32,000 nt of DNA from Pseudoxanthobacter soli DSM 19599 (GCA_945898215.1 CAMDHY010000004.1:46331-78330); one strand, 5' to 3'; shown: positions 25,805 through 32,000, counted from the first letter of the stretch. A program made the numbers and translations. The notes: generated from the sequence alone by a model not told the origin.

Positions 25805-26316
25805 CAGTCGTCCACCCCCGGAAAGGCGAACGCATAGGCGAGCCGCCCGGCCCACCACCGCGTCAGCCGCGTCGTCACCACCCCCGCCCCCTCGTAGGCG
25901 TGGACGAACCGCGGCGGACGCCACCGCCCGCCCGCTCCCGCCGCCGACCCTCGCGCCGGGCGACCGCCGGACGTCCCCCCGCCCGAGAGGTCGCCACTGA
26001 TCAGGATGCCGGCATGTTTCGCCGGCCCACCCGGCCGCATCCGGAAGACGAGCACGTCGCCCGGCCGGGCCGTCGCCGGATCGATCTCGACGAGATGCCG
26101 CCGCCCCGCCTCCGCCAGCGCCTCGACGCCACCCGCCTCCGCCCAGTCGCGCGTGTAGCCCGGCACACGCTCCGGCTCGTCGCCGAGGAGGCCGCGCCAC
26201 ACCCCGCGAACGAGCCCGAGGCAGTCGCAGCCGACCCCCTTCCGCGACGCCTGGTGCCGGTATGGCGTCCCCATCCACGCCCGCGCCTCCGCCACGATCG
26301 CCCCCCGCCCCGCCAT
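25804..26316 (-). CDS. GTA g14-like NlpC/P60 cell-wall peptidase
   Basis: The motifs are WMGTPYRHQASRKGVGCDCLGLV (catalytic Cys), KHAGIL and FVHAYE (His residues). The ATG at 26316 is preceded by GGAGG with a 5-nt spacer. An in-frame GTG at 26319 is an alternative start. Confidence 0.9.
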   Translation of the reverse strand: MAGRGAIVAEARAWMGTPYRHQASRKGVGCDCLGLVRGVWRGLLGDEPERVPGYTRDWAEAGGVEALAEAGRRHLVEIDPATARPGDVLVFRMRPGGPAKHAGILISGDLSGGGTSGGRPARGSAAGAGGRWRPPRFVHAYEGAGVVTTRLTRWWAGRLAYAFAFPGVDD

Positions 26317-26963
26317 CACGACCTCCGAACATGGTTTAAGAAGGATGAACGGGATGGTGTAAATTGCGAGGATACCTCTTTAACCTCTTGTTTTTATTTT
26401 AGTTTCTAGCTCGCAATTCACGTGAGCAGCGACCCGCCCTCCACACCCTCATCCGTCATGCCGCGGCTCGATCGGGGCATCCATCCCACTGAAACAACAG
26501 AGCTTTCCCCGATCGATGCCCCCTGCGGCCGAATGGTCGGCTTTCACTGCTCCGAAGCGGTTTTCCGACTCGTTTGCCATTCCAGAAAAATGACGCTCAT
26601 CCAATGGCTTAGGTCGAAACCGCAAAGTCTCGCAGGACCCTCGAACCGACCCCGCCACACCTGTTCAGCCCCAGCGAGTAAACTTCTGATTAACCACGAT
26701 TTTCGCCGGCTCTTGGCGAACACCGACCAAGAGCCGGCGAGGGCGGCTGTAGAGGGAGTCATTCCCGGCCTTGTGCCGGGAACCCATCCCTCCCCGAGCA
26801 CCACCCTGACCGTCGCTCCCACGGCGACGTCGCATGGGTTCCCGGCACAAGGCCGGGAATGACCTCGAGAGAGGGTTGCGCTTTGGGCGGCGGGGAGGCG
26901 GCAGCGAGGGCAGAGAGGGTGCGGAACAATCGCGGAGCGCTGGCACCACCCGCTACTTCCCCC
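26317..26963. other. 647-bp non-coding insert between GTA g13 and g14 (AT-rich island plus palindromic repeats)
   Basis: No convincing ORF is present. GC is 33/90 (hand count) over 26331-26420, intermediate over 26421-26700, and palindromic repeats fill 26704-26863. In canonical clusters g13 and g14 abut. Confidence 0.7.
26758..26863. repeat. family C element: perfect 30-bp terminal inverted repeats flanking a 46-bp core
   Basis: GTCATTCCCGGCCTTGTGCCGGGAACCCAT at 26758-26787 has its exact reverse complement at 26834-26863. Each arm itself contains the hairpin TTCCCGGC..GCCGGGAA. The core holds a CGTCGC tcccac GGCGACG stem. A degenerate third arm, GTCATGCCGCGGCTCGATCGGGGCATCCAT, lies at 26455-26484. 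Confidence 0.8.
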
Positions 26964-27851
26964 TCACACGATCGCCCCGCCGTCGTTCTCGCCGCTCCCG
27001 TCCGGCAGGTAGGCGAGCGCGAAGCCGTCGCCGGGGATGTGGGGGAAGCCGCGGAAGTTCACCGCGTTGTCGAACTTCGCCACGCAGGTCGCGAAGCGCT
27101 TGTCGCAGCCGGCCGTCACCACCACCGTGTCGCCGGGCGCGATCGCCGCCGGCGGCGGCCGCCAGAGCTCGATCGTCACGCCGGGCCCGTCGACGGCGTG
27201 GCGGCGGATCTCGCTCGCGAACCCGTCCGCCGCCCCGCTCGTCACCTTGGCCCGCCCGCCGGCGAACCAGCCGTCGTCGAACGCGCCCAGCCCGGAGACG
27301 ACGAGCGTCCGCCCGTCGGCGCTGTCCACCGTCGCGACGCCGCGATAGTCGCCGTCCTCGAGGTCGATGCCGCAGCGGCCGTCGCCGAGGTCGGCGTCGC
27401 AGTCGCGGGCGAAGCGCCGGCCGCGCTCCTCCTCGAGCGCCTGGGCCGGCCCGCGCAGCTCCGCCCGGAACGCCCCGTCGGCGCGCGTCACCTCGCCGAC
27501 CGTGCCGGTGCGCAGCCGCTCGCGCAGGTCGGGCTCGCTCCAGTCGACCAGCCACACCTCGACGCTCGCCCCGTCCCACCGGCCGGCGGCGAGGTCGGCG
27601 GCGTCGATGCCCTCAGTCGACAGCACCCCCTCGACCTCCGCCCCGCCGGCGGAAAGCGTCGCCGTTGCTGTGTCGGCGCTCGTCTCGAAGCCGCCGGCCG
27701 GCAGGTAGTCGTCGCCGCCGAAGCTCAACACCCGGTCGTGGTCGGTGAAGGCGCGGCCGCTGCCCGCCCGCGGCGTGATCTTCCAGCAGCGGCAGAGCGT
27801 CGTCGCGCCCTCCGCGAGCCGTGCGGAGAGCCCCGCCGGCAGCGTCCTCAC
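26964..27851 (-). CDS. GTA g13-like protein (DUF2163 / BR0599-type)
   Basis: 295 aa from the GTG at 27851, which overlaps the g12 stop (GTGA). The N-terminus is RTLPAGLSARLAEGATTLCRCWKITPR and the C-terminus is CDKRFATCVAKFDNAVNFRGFPHIPG, both signature segments. Confidence 0.9.
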   Translation of the reverse strand: MRTLPAGLSARLAEGATTLCRCWKITPRAGSGRAFTDHDRVLSFGGDDYLPAGGFETSADTATATLSAGGAEVEGVLSTEGIDAADLAAGRWDGASVEVWLVDWSEPDLRERLRTGTVGEVTRADGAFRAELRGPAQALEEERGRRFARDCDADLGDGRCGIDLEDGDYRGVATVDSADGRTLVVSGLGAFDDGWFAGGRAKVTSGAADGFASEIRRHAVDGPGVTIELWRPPPAAIAPGDTVVVTAGCDKRFATCVAKFDNAVNFRGFPHIPGDGFALAYLPDGSGENDGGAIV

Positions 27852-28489
27852 GGCCGGATCTCGACGATCGGCACCACCGGCACGGCGCCGGCCTCGAAGG
27901 CGGCGAGGTCGATCTCCAGCCGGTCGGTGTCGAAGCGCACCGGGCAGTCGAAGCGGAAGCCCGCCGTCACCACCGCCCCCTCCGCCGGCGTCTTCGCCGC
28001 CGACATCGTCACGACGCCGGTCGTCGCGTCGATATCGAGGTGGCCCGCACCGATCTCCTCGCCGTCCACCGAGACCCGCACCGAGCCCTCGAGCGGCTTC
28101 TCGATCGGCCGCCAGTAGGGGGCGTGCGATCCGCCATAGCGCTTGCGCAGTGCGAACGCCCGCCGCTCGCCGTCGCCGGTGCCCAGCACCTGGTCCTCCG
28201 GCCCCGGCTCGCCGCTCGGCAGACACGACTTGAAGTCGGTCGGGTCGCGAAAGCGGAAACCATGGAGCCGGCCGCGCCGCTCCTCGAAGAAGTCGATGAC
28301 GGTGGCGAGGTCGTCGAGGCTGCGGATGCCGGTGCCGGCATTGAAGCGCCGCCTGGCATGGGCCCAGCGGCTGTTACGCTCCTCGCGGCCCGAGCCGAGC
28401 ACGACGATCTCCGTCCGCCGCTCCGGCCCCCCGACCGCCCCGAACGCCACCCCGATCGGAAACCGCACCTCATGAAACGCCGTGGGCAT
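27848..28489 (-). CDS. GTA g12-like protein (DUF2460 / TIGR02217-type)
   Basis: 213 aa from the ATG at 28489. The sequence runs MPTAFHEVRFPIGVAFGAVGGPERRTEIVVLGSGREERNSRW...FRFDCPVRFDTD, the typical family signature. Confidence 0.9.
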   Translation of the reverse strand: MPTAFHEVRFPIGVAFGAVGGPERRTEIVVLGSGREERNSRWAHARRRFNAGTGIRSLDDLATVIDFFEERRGRLHGFRFRDPTDFKSCLPSGEPGPEDQVLGTGDGERRAFALRKRYGGSHAPYWRPIEKPLEGSVRVSVDGEEIGAGHLDIDATTGVVTMSAAKTPAEGAVVTAGFRFDCPVRFDTDRLEIDLAAFEAGAVPVVPIVEIRP

Positions 28490-28630
28490 GATGGTGTCCT
28501 TCCTGCGTCGTGCACGGATCGCGCCTTGGCCTGGCGCAGGTCGGCGACCGCACGCGGGTAGGCGCGCGGTCGGGCGACGCGCAGGCCCGGCTCGTCGAAT
28601 GAGCGCGAAAGGGGCACCGCGCCCGCGGCG

Positions 28631-28786
28631 CTTCCCTTCTCCCGGCGGGCCGGGAGAAGGTCCCGGCAGGGGGATGAGGGCGGCGCGCGAAGCGCGCCGA
28701 AGCGGCTCCCGTCGACCTCTCCGCGCCGCTCCGCAGCGCGCCCTCATCCGCCCTTCGGGCACCTTCTCCCGCCCTGCGGGAGAAGG
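28631..28786. repeat. nested-palindrome intergenic repeat element, family A, copy 3 (inside the GTA cluster, g11|g12 junction)
   Basis: Left hairpin is CTTCTCCCGG cgggc CGGGAGAAG, then an arm ending GGATGAGGGCG, then a GGCGCGC gaa GCGCGCC hairpin. The inverted arm CGCCCTCATCCGCCCTTCGGGCACC follows, then the right hairpin TTCTCCCG ccctg CGGGAGAA. Confidence 0.75.
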
Positions 28787-28890
28787 ACGACGGCAGCCAC
28801 TGCCTGCATCCACGGACCACGGCCCACAGCCTACTGGCTACTGCCCACTGGCTGCTGCCGACTGCCGCCCGACTGCCGACTGCCGCCCCC

Positions 28891-29433
28891 TCACATCCCC
28901 CGCCGCCCGCGCCCCACCGCCCGGGCGAGCATCGCCGACACCTGCGCCTCCGAACGCCGGAACCCGTCGACGTCCGGCGTCGTCACGTGGAGCGTCACCT
29001 GAACCATCCGCTCGCCGCCCCCGGCGGCGCCGGCGGCCGCGCCGAAGCTGGCAACACCGGCGCTCCCGCCGCCGCCACCGCCTCCACCGCCACCACTCCC
29101 GCCGCCGAACCCAGCCGCCCCACCCGCGGCCGCGATCGGCGACACCGTCGCCGCCGCAGCCCCGGCGAGCCCCGACAGTCCGCCCGCGGCGATGCCCTCG
29201 AGCGGCGCCAGCGCCCGGTCGAGCAGCCGCGCCGTCAGCCGTTCCGCCGCCCGCGCCAGCACCTGGTCGAGCCGCTCGCCGTAGACGACCGCGCTGGCGA
29301 GGCCCGTCCCGAGGTCACCGGCGATGCCGCGCGCGGTCCGCCGCACCCCGTCGAGGGTGCGTGCGAGCTCCGCCGCCACCGCCACCGCCTCGCCGTCGGC
29401 GAGCCCGGACACGTCGTCGTCCGCCATGCTCAT
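28891..29433 (-). CDS. GTA g11-like short tail tape measure protein
   Basis: 180 aa with a helical N-terminal half and a Gly/Ala-rich middle containing a run of 13 Gly interrupted by one Ser. The C-terminus is VQVTLHVTTPDVDGFRRSEAQVSAMLARAVGRGRR, as in GTA tape-measure proteins. It sits between g10.1 and g12. Confidence 0.8.
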   Translation of the reverse strand: MSMADDDVSGLADGEAVAVAAELARTLDGVRRTARGIAGDLGTGLASAVVYGERLDQVLARAAERLTARLLDRALAPLEGIAAGGLSGLAGAAAATVSPIAAAGGAAGFGGGSGGGGGGGGGGSAGVASFGAAAGAAGGGERMVQVTLHVTTPDVDGFRRSEAQVSAMLARAVGRGRRGM

Positions 29434-29487
29434 CCTCCCGAGAATTGCCGCCGCGTCCTCGCCGACTTGCCGCGAACGCCGCCGCCT

Positions 29488-29676
29488 CTACCCCTCGTCC
29501 GGAAACCGCGCCGCTAGCGCCGCGAGCGTTCCGCGCCCGATCGCCGGCCCGCCGCCGTCGCCGACCATCCCGCGCGCCGCCGCCGAAAGCTCCCGCGGCG
29601 TCGCCCGCCAGAACGCCGCCGGCGACAGCCCGAGCCGCCCGATCCCGAACGCCATGACGGCGTTCCACGGGATCAC
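29488..29676 (-). CDS. GTA g10.1-like small tail-assembly protein (rcc01693-type)
   Basis: The sequence IPWNAVMAFGIGRLGLSPAAFWRATPRELSAAARG matches the remembered family pattern (LRLSPxxFWxMTPRELxAA). The start is the GTG at 29676 (62 aa) or the ATG at 29655 (55 aa). The ORF-track extension to 29934 is repeat-encoded. Confidence 0.65.
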   Translation of the reverse strand: MIPWNAVMAFGIGRLGLSPAAFWRATPRELSAAARGMVGDGGGPAIGRGTLAALAARFPDEG

Positions 29677-29755
29677 CCCCCAGGGCGGCACGGACCCAGC
29701 AGGAGCCCGCAAGACACTCGACCTCGGCCTCCACGCACAACCTTCCCCCGGGCGA

Positions 29756-29899
29756 ACCCTCCCCCCTCGCGGGGGAGGGTAGGGAGGGGGGGCGCCCCGA
29801 GTCGAAGCCCGTCCGGGAGTATTCAGGTCGACCGCCGCGCTGCCGCGCGGCCCCCCCTCCGACCGGCTTCGCCGGCCACCTCCCCCGCAAGGGGGGAGG
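29756..29899. repeat. family B G-rich hairpin cluster in the g10|g10.1 junction
   Basis: ACCCTCCCCC ctcgc GGGGGAGGGT lies at 29756-29780 (perfect 10-bp stem). A GCCGCGC tgcc GCGCGGC stem lies near 29834-29851. CCTCCCCC gcaa GGGGGAGG lies at 29879-29899. The 17-mer GAACCCTCCCCCCTCGC (29754-29770) is identical to 10965-10981. Confidence 0.7.
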
Positions 29900-29930
29900 G
29901 TTTCAGACGCCGCGAACGCCGGCTTCCGCC

Positions 29931-30275
29931 TCACGCCCGCGGCGGCGGAGGGTTTGCGCCGCCCTCCCCCGCCCCGAACGCCGCCCCGATCAGTCGGGCC
30001 ACGATCGCCGCATAGGCCGGCACGCCGCCCGCCGACGCCATCGCCGCCACCTCCGGGTCCGTCACCTCCGCCCCGCCGCCGCGCAGGCCGGCGCCGATCA
30101 CCGCGATGGCGTCTCGCGCCGACAGCCGCCCGGCCGCCAGCCTCTCGGCGAGCCCGGCGAGGTCATCCGCCGCGAACGCCGTCTCCAGCTCGGCCAGCGC
30201 GCCGAGCGTCAGGCAGAGCGTCCACCGCCGCCCGTCGAGCTCGGCATCGATCTCGCCCCGCACCCCGTTCGCCAT
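29931..30275 (-). CDS. GTA g10-like protein (gene transfer agent family, tail-assembly chaperone-like)
   Basis: 114 aa. The segment GEIDAELDGRRWTLCLTLGALAELETAF is typical of the family. It lies immediately downstream of the major tail gene. Confidence 0.8.
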   Translation of the reverse strand: MANGVRGEIDAELDGRRWTLCLTLGALAELETAFAADDLAGLAERLAAGRLSARDAIAVIGAGLRGGGAEVTDPEVAAMASAGGVPAYAAIVARLIGAAFGAGEGGANPPPPRA

Positions 30276-30286
30276 CCTCGCCCCCC

Positions 30287-30700
30287 TCAGTCCGCCGAAA
30301 ACGAAAGCGCCCCGGCAGACTCCAGCGACAGCTCGAAATTCACCTCGCCGTCGTGGTCGCCGCCATAGGAGAGCCCGGTGATCTGGAACGGCCCCTCGAC
30401 GCTGCCGAATTCGGGCACGACCACCCGCCAGTCGCGGATGGTGCCCGCGAAGAACAGCGACCGCACCAGCGCGTCGGACTCGGCGTCCTTGAACAGCCCG
30501 GAGCCGGCGATGCTCGCCCGCTTCACCCCCGCCCCGGCGAGCAGCTCACGCCACCGACCGGAGGACTCCGAGTCCGTCGCGTCCACCGTCGCCGCATCGA
30601 AGGCGAGCTTGCGCGCGCGCAGGCCCGCCACCGTCGTGAACGGCCCGCTGCCGGTCGAATCCACCTTCAGCAACAGGTCCTTGCCCGCCTGCGCGCCCAT
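30287..30700 (-). CDS. GTA g9-like major tail protein (TP901-1 family)
   Basis: 137 aa, running MGAQAGKDLLLKVDSTGSGPFTTVAGLR...GDHDGEVNFELSLESAG. Size and motifs fit the TP901-1-type tail tube protein. Confidence 0.88.
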   Translation of the reverse strand: MGAQAGKDLLLKVDSTGSGPFTTVAGLRARKLAFDAATVDATDSESSGRWRELLAGAGVKRASIAGSGLFKDAESDALVRSLFFAGTIRDWRVVVPEFGSVEGPFQITGLSYGGDHDGEVNFELSLESAGALSFSAD

Positions 30701-30728
30701 CCGCCTCTCCTCTGAAAATCCGAACGCC

Positions 30729-31139
30729 TCACGCCACCGGCTCGGTGACGACCCGCAGCACCGCTACCGCCTCGAACGAGCGCCGGTCGCGCCCCTCGCC
30801 GCTGGTGCGCTCAATGAGCGCCAGGCTCACCACCCGGTGCCCGTCGGGCGCCAATCCCGCCTCGCCCAGCGCCGCGACCGCCCGCTCGGCGATCGCCGAC
30901 GCCTCCCGCCGGCCACCGGCGGCCGAGCGCACCACCAGCTCCAGCCGGTGCTCGTGGGCGACGCCGCCCACCGCATCGAGCGGCCGCACCCGCCACCGCC
31001 CGAACGCCACGAACGGCAGCGCTGCCGCCCGCGGTGGCCCGTCGTGGATGCGCCCGGCGCCGACGAGCGCCGTCAGCGCCGCGTCACCGTCGAGCCGCGC
31101 ATGGATCGCCGCCTGCAGGGCAAACGCCGGATCGCTCAT
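30729..31139 (-). CDS. GTA g8-like protein (DUF3168, tail-completion type)
   Basis: 136 aa, running FALQAAIHARLDGDAALTALVGAGRIHDGPP. Its ATG overlaps the g7 stop (ATGA). Confidence 0.82.
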   Translation of the reverse strand: MSDPAFALQAAIHARLDGDAALTALVGAGRIHDGPPRAAALPFVAFGRWRVRPLDAVGGVAHEHRLELVVRSAAGGRREASAIAERAVAALGEAGLAPDGHRVVSLALIERTSGEGRDRRSFEAVAVLRVVTEPVA

Positions 31140-31456
31140 CGCTCAGCCTCCTCGGCGAGCGCGATCAGCCACCGCCCGCGCGCATCCGCGTCACGCACGG
31201 CGAGCACCCGCAGCGTCCGCCCCTCGACAATCAGCCGGTCGCCGCCGGCGAGATCGACGCCGGCCCGCACCTCCACCGCGTGCGTCGCCACCCCGTCGAG
31301 CCGGCCGAGTTCGTCGCGCTCCTCGGCGCGCACCGGCCGCACCGCCGCGAACACGGTGCCGACCGGCTCCCAGGCGATGTCGCGCCCGCCGCCGCCGTCG
31401 GCCGTCGCCGCCGCCCGCTCGATGACGAGCCGCCGCCGGAGTGCCCCGGCGCTCAT
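31136..31456 (-). CDS. GTA g7-like head-tail adaptor / head-closure protein
   Basis: 106 aa, running LRRRLVIERAAATADGGGGRDIAWEPVGTVFAAVRPVRAEE. Its ATG overlaps the g6 stop (ATGA). Confidence 0.82.
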   Translation of the reverse strand: MSAGALRRRLVIERAAATADGGGGRDIAWEPVGTVFAAVRPVRAEERDELGRLDGVATHAVEVRAGVDLAGGDRLIVEGRTLRVLAVRDADARGRWLIALAEEAER

Positions 31457-32000
31457 AGGCGCACCACCCGGTAGGGCGCCACCAGCGCCTCGAAGCCGAG
31501 CGCCACCGGGCTCGCGATCACGCCGAGGCTCGCCGCCTCCCGCACCTCGAACCAGTGGCCGACGAGCATGAGGATCGCCTGGCGCAGCGGCTCCGGCACG
31601 GCATCCGCCGTCTCGCCGTAGCCGCAGGAAAAATCGATCTCGACGCCGTTCAGCGACCGCCCCGGCCGCCGCGCCGTCGGCCCCGGCATGAGCCGCCCGC
31701 CAGGAAGGTCGACGGTGGTCTCGTCCGCTGCCAGCACGTGCGGCGTGCCGTCGCCGTCGAACACGGTGACCGCCCCCACCGACGTCACCGGCCCGGGCGA
31801 CAGCCGCACCGGCGTCCGCCGCGGCCAGCGATCGAGCGCGATTCGCCAGCCCTGGTCGATCAGGGCGCGCCGGATGCGGAGCTCGACGAGGGCGCGGGCG
31901 GCCGGGATCAGCGCCGCCACCAGATCGTCCTCGGCATCGTGGTCGAGCCGGAGGTGCGCCTTCGCCTCAGCGAGGCTCACCGGCTCGACCGCCGGAGGGC
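31453..32000 (-). CDS. GTA g6-like head-tail connector protein (gp6-like), 5' end outside the window
   Basis: The segment is VSLAEAKAHLRLDHDAEDDLVAALIPAARALVE. The frame stays open to the window edge (..PPAVEPVSLAEAK), so the true start is probably beyond 32000. The GTG at 31980 is the ORF-track start. Confidence 0.8.
   Translation of the reverse strand, partial: PPAVEPVSLAEAKAHLRLDHDAEDDLVAALIPAARALVELRIRRALIDQGWRIALDRWPRRTPVRLSPGPVTSVGAVTVFDGDGTPHVLAADETTVDLPGGRLMPGPTARRPGRSLNGVEIDFSCGYGETADAVPEPLRQAILMLVGHWFEVREAASLGVIASPVALGFEALVAPYRVVRL

Larger units (their letters stand above)
19887..32000 (-). mobile_element. RcGTA-like gene transfer agent (domesticated prophage) structural cluster, distal part g6-g15 plus post-g15 accessory genes; continues past the right edge
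   Basis: Colinear order: head-tail connector, head-closure protein, DUF3168, TP901-1 major tail protein, GTA g10, g10.1, short tape measure, DUF2460, DUF2163, NlpC/P60, and a 1302-aa g15. Many junctions have 4-nt ATGA/GTGA overlaps. There is no integrase, repressor or replication gene in the window. Confidence 0.85.

Noticed and set aside
25805-26332. N-terminal 176-aa extension of the g15 ORF (ORF track 21896-26332).
   Set aside because: It overlaps the NlpC/P60 gene in another frame and is Gly/Arg-rich junk. The conserved g15 N-terminus MATLVLQTAG begins at the ATG at 25804, which overlaps the g14 stop.
26336-26394. CtrA-box-like sequences (TTAA-N7-...) in the AT-rich island.
   Set aside because: Only half-sites are present: TTAA-N7-GAAC at 26336-26350 and TTAAC-N6-TTTT at 26380-26394. 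Neither matches the full TTAA-N7-TTAAC consensus, and half-sites are expected by chance in AT-rich DNA.
26625-26670. tRNA-3'-end-like string (ggaccctcgaaccgaccccgcca) that might mark a tRNA fragment or att site.
   Set aside because: I could not fold a T-arm: the candidate stem halves are not complementary and the loop is not TTCGAAT-like. No acceptor-stem partner lies upstream. A tRNAscan-SE or ARAGORN run would settle it.
26422-26862. 146-aa plus-strand ORF inside the g13|g14 insert, together with the minus-strand ORFs 26449-26658, 26544-26822 and 26665-26949.
   Set aside because: Large parts are translations of the palindromic repeat arms (VMPRLDRGIH, VIPGLVPGTH). Composition and GC3 are unlike the neighbouring genes, there is no RBS and no recognisable domain. 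I treat the region as non-coding. A small peptide or sRNA cannot be excluded without expression data.
1661-29899. The possibility that the recurring repeats form a CRISPR array.
   Set aside because: The copies are kilobases apart, internally palindromic, of variable structure and not interleaved with unique spacers of regular length. No cas genes are present.

Overview
Very GC-rich (about 70% by eye) chromosomal segment that looks alphaproteobacterial, probably Hyphomicrobiales/Rhizobiales-like. All but two genes are on the minus strand.

Left part, 1-19.1 kb (ordinary core genes):
- an amidohydrolase and a Tat-exported oxalate-decarboxylase-type bicupin
- glnE
- an OmpR-type response regulator plus HAMP histidine kinase, directly downstream of degP/htrA
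- the cytochrome c maturation block ccmI-ccmE-ccmF-ccmH
- a surface-antigen-like lipoprotein
- a PepSY / response regulator / histidine kinase module
- a GH24 lysozyme with a C-terminal membrane anchor

Right part, 19.9-32 kb:
- This is the distal half of an RcGTA-like gene transfer agent (GTA) cluster. The order on the minus strand is g6, g7, g8, g9, g10, g10.1, g11, g12, g13, g14, g15.
- It is followed by a translationally coupled post-g15 module: a DUF2793 protein, a small spike-base-like protein, a 257-aa fibre/lectin-like protein and a 72-aa protein.
- The cluster runs off the right edge, so the head and terminase genes should lie beyond 32000.

Most notable non-standard observations:
1. 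The normally tightly packed GTA operon is broken at three gene junctions (g10|g10.1, g11|g12, g13|g14) by non-coding palindromic repeat elements. The g13|g14 break is a 647-bp insert containing a 37%-GC island immediately upstream of g14.
2. At least three families of nested-palindrome (REP/MITE-like) elements recur through the window. One pair appears to have displaced the start of ccmH.
3. Several genes have start-codon anomalies: the second histidine kinase, the spike-base-like gene and ccmH.

No rRNA, tRNA, CRISPR array, transposase or integrase was recognised. All protein-family calls come from reading motifs and from remembered family signatures, not from searches.
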